Assembly (NCBI GenBank): GCA_002269645.1
Contig: NIVC01003571.1
Coordinates: forward strand, 26,636 to 90,635
DNA from: Macrostomum lignano
Taxonomy: Eukaryota
DNA: 64,000 nucleotides
Direction of reading: 5' to 3'
Part shown: in pieces, positions 12,700-24,250 of the stretch
How the letters are laid out: every line of letters starts with the position of its first letter
Numbering within the stretch: the first letter of the stretch is position 1
Program-made: the position numbers and the translations under genes
Notes under the pieces: generated by a model
Told to the model about the DNA's origin: nothing
Databases searched by the model: none
The model's input: only the letters and a program-made list of their open reading frames with translations

Positions 12700-13560
12700 T
12701 ACGTGCCGTAGCGACTGGTCGCAGCAACCATAACTCTCTACCGCCGCCGTAATGGCACCTGACGTACTGTCCAACCTGTTCAACACGACCTCAGGGTGCT
12801 GCAGAGCGACACACTTGCGGCCTACCTTTTCGTTTTGGTGCTCGATGGGGTGCTACGGAGGGCCCTGCCAACAGATGAGGACGGCTTCCTACTGTGGCTG
12901 CAAACAAACAGCCGCCATCTGGAGTCGGCGTAACCCAGGAGCTGTTTGCCTCTACGGCTGAGGGAGCCCAGCGCATGCTAGACAGCCTGGTGGCAGCTGC
13001 GGCATCGGTCGGGCTAGCGGTGAACATCGAGAAGAGGCAGGTGATGTGTACCTGCGGAGCTGCCTATCAAAATCACCTGCTGGGATGCCCGACGATCGTG
13101 CATTGGCTCTACCTCGCTGCACGCGCTTCACGTACCTCGGCAGTCTTGTGCCCAGTGTCCAGGAGGACTTGGCGCGACGCAGGGGCCTGGCCTGGGTTGC
13201 CTTCCGCTCTATCCGAGTTGTCCTGTAGGACGCCGCGCTGCCAGACTGCTGCGACGACCTAGCGAGACCCTCCGCAGGCAAAGACTTCAACTGGCGGGCC
13301 ACACCATTCGGCGGAGGCTTACTGTTCTCAACCAGTGCAGGACGTCCTGCTACTCACGATGCAGGGCCCCTGGCCCCGAGGCTACGGCCGGGCGAGCCGC
13401 TACGCGGATTGCTTGCTAGATGACGCTGGGGTGATCGGCTAGGAATTCTGTTGCCGCCTTCAGAGAGCTCACACCGAGAAAACTGATCTGACACCACCTC
13501 CATTGTGAACTGTACTCTGTTGAGTCCCCGGCGGTTTGCCTTGTTGTTGTCTCTTCAGAA
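12700..13560 (+). pseudogene. Degenerate non-LTR retrotransposon RT fragment (further copies at 17006-17810 + and 25280-26140 -)
   Basis: Frameshifted RT motifs: FNTTSGVLQ.DTLA.YLF, AQRMLDSLVAAAASVGLAVNIEK, FTYLGSLVPSVQEDLARRRGLAWVAF. Confidence 0.75.
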
Positions 13561-14586
13561 TAATTTGCCCAGCTGCGAACTGTGATGGTGCATATCGCGT
13601 ACTCGCGATTCAAAAGTTTATGCTTCTTACTGTTTCACTGATCTAATTCCAAACCTACCACGCAAACTATTTACTTTTAATTCCGTGTGCTTTTCTTGTG
13701 TTTTACTTTTTACCGTTTGGTGTCAATGCTATTTATTGCGTGTAATATTGTCGCAAAATTCAACTTCGGATGTCAATATTTAGCTACTGCCGCTGTTCTG
13801 CATTACAAATACTTCCGCATGTACTGACGTAACATTGCGCCAATAATTTTACATTGCGTGGCGTCGAAACCAATCTGCTGTTGAATGCTACTAGCGTAGC
13901 TAATGGCCGTTTGAATCTCTTGAAATACACTAAAATGTCATGCTGTAGTATTGCTGTTGAAGATCTAAACGAGACTAGCCATACTCCCTACTGATCCATA
14001 TGCTTCTCAAGCAAGGTATACGGAAAGCAGAATGAGCAGCAAACTTAGTATTTGATCTTTGGATCCCTTATAGAACCAAGGGAAGGGATCTAGTCTAGAT
14101 GTAACATTTAAATAAAAATTCTTGATATAATGGAATTCAATTAATTCCTAACCGTAGTAATTTTTTAACTTCCACTTTCCCCGAGTTTGACCACTTTCTC
14201 TGCTACAGGCTTAAGCTAAACCAACGCAAAATACGAGCCTGAATAAAAAACAACTCACTCCACAACCTTAAGCTTAATATTTCTTTCTGCCACTGCTGTG
14301 TCTTGCAATACTCATAAATCCTGTGACTTCGCTTCACAGATGTTGCTTGAGAAACATATGCCGTCCCATTTGAATTGGCGCAAGTCTCTTTTACATCGTC
14401 AAAAGCAATATGTCTGGTGCCAATTATATTTGTGCCGATCAAACTTCCTAGAGAATGATTTGTTGATAACTACATGTCCCTGTCTTGAAGCTTGCACGCT
14501 GTCTTTAACCATTATTTTGTCGGTGTACAACGTGGAACCGATCAGACAAGTTGGTCGTAAATTCCCTAAAATCCTGGATAGGGGCT

Positions 14587-15766
14587 GAGCTGTTGGGGAA
14601 GAGCTAGGCGGCAAGCAGCGGAGCTGTTGGGGGAGCCGCGGTAGGCAGCGGAGCTGTTGGGGGAGAGGCGGTAGGCAGCGGAGCTGTTGGGGGAGCCGCG
14701 GTAGGCAGCGGAGCTGTTGGGGGAGCCGCGGTAGGCAGCGGAGCTGTTGGGGGAGAGGCGGTAGGCAGCGGAGCTGTTGGGGGAGAGGCGGTAGGCAGCG
14801 GAGCTGTTGGGGGAGAGGCGGTAGACAGCGGAAATGTTGGGGGAGCCGCGGTAGGCAGCGGAGCTGCTGGGGGAGAGGCGGCAAGCAGCGGAGCTGTTGG
14901 GGGAGCCGCGGTAGGCAGCGAAGCTGTTGGGGGAGAGGCGATAGACAGCGGAAATGTTGGGGGAGCCGCGGTAGGCAGCGGAGCTGCTGGGGGAGAGGCG
15001 GCAAGCAGCGGAGCTGTTGGGGGAGCCGCGGTAGGCAGCGGAGCTGTTGGGGGAGCCGCGGTAGGCAGCGGAGCTGTTGGGGGAGAGGCGGTAGGCAGCG
15101 GAGCTGTTGGGGGAGCCGCGGTAGGCAGCGGAGCTGTTGGGGGAGAGGCGGTAGGCAGCGGAGCTGTTGGGGGAGAGGCGGTAGACAGCGGAAATGTTGG
15201 GGGAGCCGCGGTAGGCAGCGGAGCTGTTGGGGGAGCCGCGGTAGGCAGCGGAGCTGCTGGGGGAGAGGCGGCAAGCAGCGGAGCTGTTAGGGGAGCCGCG
15301 GTAGGCAGCGGAGCTGTTGGGGGAGCCGCGGTAGGCAGCGGAGCTGTTGGGGGAGAGGCGGTAGACAGCGGAAATGTTGGAGGAGCCGCGGTAGGCAGCG
15401 GAGCTGCTGGGGGAGAGGCGGCAAGCAGCGGAGCTGTTGGGGAGCCGCGGTAGGCAGCGGAGCTGTTGGGGGAGCCGCGGTAGGCAGCGGAGCTGTTGGG
15501 GAGAGGCGGTAGGCAGCGGAGCTGTTGGGGAGCCGCGGTAGGCAGCGGAGCTGCTGGGGGAGAGGCGGTAGACAGCGGAAATGTTGGGGAGCCGCGGTAG
15601 GCAGCGGAGCTGCTGGGGGAGAGGCGGCAAGCAGCGGAGCTGTTGGGGAGCCGCGGTAGGCAGCGGAGCTGTTGGGGGAGAGGCGGTAAGCAGCGGAGCT
15701 GTTGGGGGAGCCGCGGTAAGCAGCGGAGCTGTTGGGGGAGCCGCGGTAGGCAGCGGAGCTGTTGGG
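14587..15766. repeat. 30-bp GC-rich minisatellite, left arm (about 39 units)
   Basis: Unit gtaggcagcggagctgttgggggag(agg/ccg)cg with a few discrete variants. Confidence 0.95.
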
Positions 15767-16007
15767 TGAAGGAGGAGGTGGCATACATGTAAGTACATGT
15801 AGGTTTCTATGCGATCATATTCCACAGAAGTCGCCTTCAAAATTGGATACATGTTCGGCGTTCGAAAAATGAATCCCTCTCAGTGTGCATCCCTCCCTGG
15901 TGGTACCAAAGAATACCATTTTGTCAATCAAGTTTAGGATTGCCCATTAACCTACAGATAGTAGAAAGCGAAGACAATGAGGAAAGTGAAGCCTTTTGAC
16001 GGGTCGC

Positions 16008-16178
16008 TTTCATAAGACCGAAATTTTCCAACGCCGAAAACTACTGCACGATGCTTTCAGAAGACCGAAGCTTCATAAGACCGACCGAGACACAACGCCG
16101 AAAACTGACCAAGGTCAAAGGGCCCTGCATTTTGAGTTTTTGGCGTTGTGAAATTTCGGTCTTATGAAATCCCCCCTT
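16008..16178. mobile_element. Small MITE-like inverted repeat
   Basis: tttcataagaccgaaattttccaacgccgaaaact pairs imperfectly with agtttttggcgttgtgaaatttcggtcttatgaaa. Confidence 0.55.
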
Positions 16179-16999
16179 TTACGAAGCCGATGAGTTCGTG
16201 CCGTAGTGTACTAACTAATATCCGAGTTTAAGTGTATTATTCTATAATTTAATTCGCTGCCTGTCAGCCATGATGGATCTATACAGGGAGCGGAGATTAA
16301 TTTACATGTATGTACTCTTATATTACATGTATATAAACATAACAATTCATATCTTACTTCCTTGGCTCTTTCTTTACCAGTGGAATGGCCGTCTATGGCC
16401 AAAAGTCATTAAATTGTTGCCTGAGAATTCAAAACGAGACCGATTGTAGAGCCACTCATTCATTTTTTTCTTGAAGCTGAAGTTTTTGATGAATAACGCT
16501 GAGAATACGCTCGAAATCACGTGCGACATCACCCTTGGGCAGTCCAGCCCGATGAAGTGTCGTTGCTACAGATTGTCCAGCAGTCAAAAGTTGACATTCA
16601 TGTCAAGGTTGATATCCACTTCTTCCATGTTGAAAATTGAATACTGAAGCAATCCACTCGCTCAGCAAATTCAGCCTACCCCTTCATTTTGCTCCTATAA
16701 AATACGCTAGCTACTGTAGTATTGTGTTGCCTGTTTTATTCAGTTTATGTCAGAAAGGGCTCTCTCCGCCTACCCTTTAACTCGTAATATCTGTGGAGTA
16801 AGTATATTTATCATTTATTGAGAATGATGCAACTTACGGCATGCGCGAAGCTCATTGGCACTTGGGGGTTGCACAGGACAACGCACCGCCACACCGAGCC
16901 GATGCTGTTAGTCAACCGAAAGAACAGCTACAGCTGCGCACTCTGCGCTGGTCCCGGTCCCCAGACATGAACCCCATCGAGTAATGTCTGGGACTTCCT

Positions 17000-19112
17000 G
17001 ACAGTATGGCACCTGACGTACTGTCCAACCTGTTCAACACGACCTCAGGGTGCTGCAGAGCGACACACTTGCGGCCTACCTTTTCGTTTTGGTGCTCGAT
17101 GGGGTGCTACGGAGGGCCCTGCCAACAGATGAGGACGGCTTCCTACTGTGGCTGCAAACAAACAGCCGCCATCTGGAGTCGGCGTAACCCAGGAGCTGTT
17201 TGCCTCTACGGCTGAGGGAGCCCAGCGCATGCTAGACAGCCTGGTGGCAGCTGCGGCATCGGTCGGGCTAGCGGTGAACATCGAGAAGAGGCAGGTGATG
17301 TGTACCTGCGGAGCTGCCTATCAAAATCACCTGCTGGGATGCCCGACGATCGTGCATTGGCTCTACCTCGCTGCACGCGCTTCACGTACCTCGGCAGTCT
17401 TGTGCCCAGTGTCCAGGAGGACTTGGCGCGACGCAGGGGCCTGGCCTGGGTTGCCTTCCGCTCTATCCGAGTTGTCCTGTAGGACGCCGCGCTGCCAGAC
17501 TGCTGCGACGACCTAGCGAGACCCTCCGCAGGCAAAGACTTCAACTGGCGGGCCACACCATTCGGCGGAGGCTTACTGTTCTCAACCAGTGCAGGACGTC
17601 CTGCTACTCACGATGCAGGGCCCCTGGCCCCGAGGCTACGGCCGGGCGAGCCGCTACGCGGATTGCTTGCTAGATGACGCTGGGGTGATCGGCTAGGAAT
17701 TCTGTTGCCGCCTTCAGAGAGCTCACACCGAGAAAACTGATCTGACACCACCTCCATTGTGAACTGTACTCTGTTGAGTCCCCGGCGGTTTGCCTTGTTG
17801 TTGTCTCTTCAGAATAATTTGCCCAGCTGCGAACTGTGATGGTGCATATCGCGTACTCGCGATTCAAAAGTTTATGCTTCTTACTGTTTCACTGATCTAA
17901 TTCCAAACCTACCACGCAAACTATTTACTTTTAATTCCGTGTGCTTTTCTTGTGTTTTACTTTTTACCGTTTGGTGTCAATGCTATTTATTGCGTGTAAT
18001 ATTGTCGCAAAATTCAACTTCGGATGTCAATATTTAGCTACTGCCGCTGTTCTGCATTACAAATACTTCCGCATGTACTGACGTAACATTGCGCCAATAA
18101 TTTTACATTGCGTGGCGTCGAAACCAATCTGCTGTTGAATGCTACTAGCGTAGCTAATGGCCGTTTGAATCTCTTGAAATACACTAAAATGTCATGCTGT
18201 AGTATTGCTGTTGAAGATCTAGACGAGACTAGCCATACTCCCTACTGATCCATATGCTTCTCAAGCAAGGTATACGGAAAGCAGAATGAGCAGCAAACTT
18301 AGTATTTGATCTTTGGATCCCTTATAGAACCAAGGGAAGGGATCTAGTCTAGATGTAACATTTAAATAAAAATTCTTGATATAATGGAATTCAATTAATT
18401 CCTAACCGTAGTAATTTTTTAACTTCCACTTTCCCCGAGTTTGACCACTTTCTCTGCTACAGGCTTAAGCTAAACCAACGCTGTTGGGGGAGAGGCGGTA
18501 GGCAGCGGAGCTGTTGGGGGAGCCGCGGTAGGCAGCGGAGCTGCTGGGGGAGAGGCGGTAGACAGCGGAAATGTTGGGGGAGCCGCGGTAGGCAGCGGAG
18601 CTGCTGGGGGAGAGGCGGCAAGCAGCGGAGCTGTTGGGGGAGCCGCGGTAGGCAGCGGAGCTGTTGGGGGAGAGGCGGTAAGCAGCGGAGCTGTTGGGGG
18701 AGCCGCGGTAAGCAGCGGAAATGTTGGGGGAGCCGCGGTAGGCAGCGGAGCTGCTGGGGGAGAGGCGGCAAGCAGCGGAGCTGTTGGGGGAGCCGCGGTA
18801 GGCAGCGGAGCTGTTGGGGGAGAGGCGGTAAGCAGCGGAGCTGTTGGGGGAGCCGCGGTAAGCAGCGGAGCTGTTGGGGGAGCCGCGGTAGGCAGCGGAG
18901 CTGTTGGGTGAAGGAGGAGGTGGCATACATGTAAGTACATGTAGGTTTCTATGCGATCATATTCCACAGAAGTCGCCTTCAAAATTGGATACATGTTCGG
19001 CGTTCGAAAAATGAATCCCTCTCAGTGTGCATCCCTCCCTGGTGGTACCAAAGAATACCATTTTGTCAATCAAGTTTAGGATTGCCCATTAACCTACAGA
19101 TAGACATGTAGA
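17000..19112 (+). repeat. Templated insertion: copy of 12752-14224 joined to a copy of about 15493-15962
   Basis: Near-identical sequence blocks, flanked by a 38-bp direct duplication at 16962-16999 and 19113-19150. Confidence 0.9.
18481..18907. repeat. 30-bp minisatellite, central copy (about 14 units)
   Basis: Same unit, and the same variant order as the end of the left-arm array. Confidence 0.9.
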
Positions 19113-20023
19113 CAGACATGAACCCCATCGAGTAATGTCTGGGACTTCCTAAAACGCGGCATTCAAAAAGAGAATCCACCACAGAATGTTGTGGAGTTTC
19201 GTCATGTCATCGAAAACGCTTGACAGCAGCTTCCCCAGGACTTTCTGCGCCGCCTCATCCTTTGGAATGCCCCGCAGTCGCCGCACTTCTGTGTGCGAGG
19301 GGATCCCACACGTGTTATAACCCACCGCGATTGAAACTGCACATTGCATAAAAATGAACAAACTGCTGATTTTGTGCGACTGACGTTTATTGATTCAATC
19401 AACTTTCCCTTCCCCCGCGGCAGCTTAGTTGCGCGTTGAGGGCGGATTGCGAGTGAAAAGTTGTGATAAGTGAGAAAATTTTCATCTCCCTTGGAGGATG
19501 GAACTTTTGACTGTTTGACTGCACTTTTTATTCCGGACTGATCCCATTATTGCATCATCTAAAATAATTTGATTGCCATGCTTAATTTCCATCCAATTCG
19601 TCAAGAGACTGAAACGATTAATTCGATCATATGTGACCAAGAAAATTCTAGGTCAGTGACTTCACTTTCTGTTTAAAAATACCAGCAGTGATATACTCAT
19701 TAATAGTTCTATATTGACCGAGGACAACACGCTGCTTTCAACGAAAGATTTAGGAGGGGAGACTTTGGCCTGAAGCCCCCATTCATCCCATAGCCAGCCA
19801 AGCCCCTGAAATTTGGTAAAAAGTAGTGTAGTCAGTAGTCATTATACATGTATGGGGTATTTTCGTTGAAAATAAAAGTTTTGTGCCAATTGAGTAGAGC
19901 TCATATTCTTTTGCTCCTACATTAAGGTGCAGTTTTTTGCGGTGCCCACCCTTCCTATGCGCACTTCCCGCTTGCCAGCAGTGCCCGAAGTTGATTCTAT
20001 ACTCTTATACTCGTACATGTATA

Positions 20024-20621
20024 CACTCAGCAACAGTCAAAACCGCCACCCTACCGAGAGAGGCGACTTCTCTCTCACCTCAACTGCAAGTGACGTAACT
20101 TGCGCCACGGCGTGGCTAAAGCTGGGTGAGAGTGAATTCCAGGGTGAGAGTACAAAAGGGACTGGGGTTGGGGTTAGGGGTGCAACAGTACACGTGACAA
20201 TGGTCAGGCATATGACAGACGCTGAACGATGGCGCACTGTTGGCATGCTAGAAGTTGGTGCATCCATCAGCGCAGTTGCTCGCCAATTTGGCCGATCACG
20301 TTCAACAATTCGAGCGCTGTTAACGAAGTCCCAAGAGACTGGTAGTGTTCAGCATGCAGCCATAGGCAGCCAGCGCCATGATCTCCGCGGCTCCACAGCC
20401 AGGGCAAATCGACGTCTGCTGCGGATTGTCAGGCGAACTCCGACCGCGCCAGCAGCCACCCTGCTCTGTCTAATGTGGGGTGAAAGAAGCAGATTGCCCT
20501 CTCCTGCATTCACTCTCACCCAGCTTTAGCCACGCCGTGGCGCAAGTTACGTCACTTGCAGTTGAGGTGAGAGAGAAGTCGCCTCTCTCGGTAGGGTGGC
20601 GGTTTTGACTGTTGCTGAGTG
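20024..20621 (+). mobile_element. Tc1/mariner internal-deletion derivative
   Basis: Perfect 114-bp TIRs (20024-20137 and 20508-20621) with TA on both sides. The interior encodes a Tc1 N-terminal HTH: MTDAERWRTVGMLEVGASISAVARQFGRSRSTIRALL. Confidence 0.9.
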
Positions 20622-21239
20622 TAGTTTTGGCAAACTTGGTTACAAAAAGGTACGGCTCGTACAGTAAACATGTATTACCATCTGGCATCTGGGTGACGGT
20701 TTTAAATGTTGCTAGGGCTGTGACCTGGGTGCTCTACTCCACTCTAACTTGATGCCTGTAAGGCTTAGTTTCCGATCATTTACTTCATTTACTAATTTAA
20801 GCTGTCGCGAGAGAGAGAGAGAGAGAGAGGGGGCTCTGCAGTCCCAGTCCCTACCCCCCATTTAACGCCTTAGCCCTAGGTTTTCAAAAATTGATTGCCG
20901 CAATTTGACTGCAGTCAATTTGTCTGGGGAATAAATGAACTCTAAACATTTGGTACTTAACATTCGAGCCGCGGCACTTGATCGTTTCGAACCAAAATAA
21001 TGTTGCTGGAGAATACATGTACATATAGTACTGCATATAGCTAAAGTAACAAATATGACCCTCAATAAAATAATATATAAAATCATGCTTCTGTAACTTC
21101 TGAATGTACATGTAGCAAGGCTTTGGGGCATAAACGATTATAGGCCGTACCGAAAAAATAAGAATTTTCCAATATTCTGCTTAGAACTATCTATTTCTGC
21201 CGCCACATACAACTCTCAAAGCTCCGGCCTACCCGCCTC

Positions 21240-24200
21240 CCGCAACAGCTCCGCTGCCTACCGCGGCTCCCCCAACAGCTCCGCTGCCTACCGCGGCTCC
21301 CCCAACAGCTCCGCTGCTTGCCGCCTCTCCCCCAGCAGCTCCGCTGCCTACCGCGGCTCCCCCAACAGCTCCGCTGCCTACCGCGGCTCCCCCAACATTT
21401 CCGCTGCTTGCCGCCTCTCCCCCAGCAGCTCCGCTGCCTACCGCGGCTCCCCCAACAGCTCCGCTGCCTACCGCCTCTCCCCCAACAGCTCCGCTGCCTA
21501 CCGCGGCTCCCCCAACAGCTCCGCTGCTTGCCGCCTCTCCCCCAGCAGCTCCGCTGCCTACCGCGGCTCCCCCAACAGCTCCGCTGCCTACCGCGGCTCC
21601 CCCAACATTTCCGCTGTCTACCGCCTCTCCCCCAGCAGCTCCGCTGCCTACCGCGGCTCCCCCAACAGCTCCGCTGCCTACCGCCTCTCCCCCAACAGCT
21701 CCGCTGCCTACCGCGGCTCCCCCAACAGCTCCGCTGCCTACCGCGGCTCCCCAACAGCTCCGCTGCTTGCCGCCTCTCCCCCAGCAGCTCCGCTGCCTAC
21801 CGCGGCTCCTCCAACATTTCCGCTGTCTACCGCCTCTCCCCAACAGCTCCGCTGCCTACCGCGGCTCCCCCAACAGCTCCGCTGCCTACCGCGGCTCCCC
21901 TAACAGCTCCGCTGCTTGCCGCCTCTCCCCCAGCAGCTCCGCTGCCTACCGCGGCTCCCCCAACAGCTCCGCTGCCTACCGCGGCTCCCCCAACATTTCC
22001 GCTGTCTACCGCCTCTCCCCCAACAGCTCCGCTGCCTACCGCCTCTCCCCCAACAGCTCCGCTGCCTACCGCGGCTCCCCCAACAGCTCCGCTGCCTACC
22101 GCCTCTCCCCCAACAGCTCCGCTGCCTACCGCGGCTCCCCCAACAGCTCCGCTGCCTACCGCGGCTCCCCCAACAGCTCCGCTGCTTGCCGCCTCTCCCC
22201 CAGCAGCTCCGCTGCCTACCGCGGCTCCCCCAACATTTCCGCTGTCTACCGCCTCTCCCCCAACAGCTTCGCTGCCTACCGCGGCTCCCCAACAGCTCCG
22301 CTGCTTGCCGCCTCTCCCCAGCAGCTCCGCTGCCTACCGCGGCTCCCCCAACATTTCCGCTGTCTACCGCCTCTCCCCCAACAGCTCCGCTGCCTACCGC
22401 CTCTCCCCCAACAGCTCCGCTGCCTACCGCCTCTCCCCCAACAGCTCCGCTGCCTACCGCGGCTCCCCCAACAGCTCCGCTGCCTACCGCGGCTCCCCAA
22501 CAGCTCCGCTGCTTGCCGCCTCTCCCCCAGCAGCTCCGCTGCCTACCGCGGCTCCTCCAACATTTCCGCTGTCTACCGCCTCTCCCCCAACAGCTCCGCT
22601 GCCTACCGCGGCTCCCCCAACATTTCCGCTGTCTACCGCCTCTCCCCCAACAGCTCCGCTGCCTACCGCCTCTCCCCCAACAGCTCCGCTGCCTACCGCG
22701 GCTCCCCCAACAGCTCCGCTGCCTACCGCCTCTCCCCCAACAGCTCCGCTGCCTACCGCGGCTCCCCCAACAGCTCCGCTGCCTACCGCGGCTCCCCCAA
22801 CATTTCCGCTGTCTGCCGCCTCTCCCCCAACAGCTTCGCTGCCTACCGCGGCTCCCCCAACAGCTCCGCTGCTTGCCGCCTCTCCCCCAGCAGCTCCGCT
22901 GCCTACCGCGGCTCCCCCAACATTTCCGCTGTCTACCGCCTCTCCCCCAACAGCTCCGCTGCCTACCGCCTCTCCCCCAACAGCTCCGCTGCCTACCGCC
23001 TCTCCCCCAACAGCTCCGCTGCCTACCGCGGCTCCCCCAACAGCTCCGCTGCCTACCGCGGCTCCCCAACAGCTCCGCTGCTTGCCGCCTCTCCCCCAGC
23101 AGCTCCGCTGCCTACCGCGGCTCCCCCAACAGCTCCGCTGCCTACCGCGGCTCCCCCAACATTTCCGCTGTCTACCGCCTCTCCCCCAACAGCTCCGCTG
23201 CCTACCGCCTCTCCCCCAACAGCTCCGCTGCCTACCGCGGCTCCCCCAACATTTCCGCTGTCTACCGCCTCTCCCCCAACAGCTCCGCTGCCTACCGCCT
23301 CTCCCCAACAGCTCCGCTGCCTACCGCCTCTCCCCCAACAGCTCCGCTGCCTACCGCGGCTCCCCCAACAGCTCCGCTGCCTACCGCGGCTCCCCAACAG
23401 CTCCGCTGCTTGCCGCCTCTCCCCCAGCAGCTCCGCTGCCTACCGCGGCTCCTCCAACATTTCCGCTGTCTACCGCCTCTCCCCCAACAGCTCCGCTGCC
23501 TACCGCGGCTCCCCCAACAGCTCCGCTGCCTACCGCGGCTCCCCTAACAGCTCCGCTGCTTACCGCCTCTCCCCCAACAGCTCCGCTGCCTACCGCGGCT
23601 CCCCCAACAGCTCCGCTGCTTGCCGCCTCTCCCCCAGCAGCTCCGCTGCCTACCGCGGCTCCCCCAACATTTCCGCTGTCTACCGCCTCTCCCCCAGCAG
23701 CTCCGCTGCCTACCGCGGCTCCCCCAACAGCTCCGCTGCCTACCGCCTCTCCCCCAACAGCTCCGCTGCCTACCGCGGCTCCCCCAACAGCTCCGCTGCC
23801 TACCGCGGCTCCCCAACAGCTCCGCTGCTTGCCGCCTCTCCCCCAGCAGCTCCGCTGCCTACCGCGGCTCCTCCAACATTTCCGCTGTCTACCGCCTCTC
23901 CCCCAACAGCTCCGCTGCCTACCGCGGCTCCCCCAACAGCTCCGCTGCCTACCGCGGCTCCCCTAACAGCTCCGCTGCTTGCCGCCTCTCCCCAGCAGCT
24001 CCGCTGCCTACCGCGGCTCCCCCAACAGCTCCGCTGCCTACCGCGGCTCCCCCAACATTTCCGCTGTCTACCGCCTCTCCCCAACAGCTCCGCTGCCTAC
24101 CCCCCCCCAACAGCTCCGCTGCCTACCGCGGCTCCCCCAACAGCTCCGCTGCCTACCGCCTCTCCCCAACAGCTCCGCTGCCTACCGCGGCTCCCCCAAC

Positions 24201-24250
24201 AGCTCCGCTGCTTGCTCCGCTGCTTGCCGCCTAGCTCTTCCCCAACAGCT
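21240..24250. repeat. 30-bp minisatellite, right arm, inverted (about 100 units)
   Basis: Reverse complement of the left-arm unit. It is the source of the 882- and 890-aa repeat ORFs. Confidence 0.95.

Larger units (their letters stand above)
16870..19320 (+). pseudogene. Tc1-type transposase catalytic C-terminus, split by the 17000-19112 insertion
   Basis: QDNAPPH...W.RSPDMNPIE.VWDFL before the insertion. It resumes as WDFLKRGIQKENPPQNVVEFRHVIENA*QQLPQDFLRRLI after 19113. This is a DD34E-like region with indels. Confidence 0.8.

Noticed and set aside
14587-15766. CRISPR-like appearance of regular 30-bp repeats
   Set aside because: The units are adjacent with no unique spacers, there are no cas genes, and the context is eukaryotic.
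16440-16640. Possible second Tc1-type HTH fragment on the minus strand (AGLPKGDVARDFERILSVI)
   Set aside because: Short, flanked by stops, with no TIR pair found.
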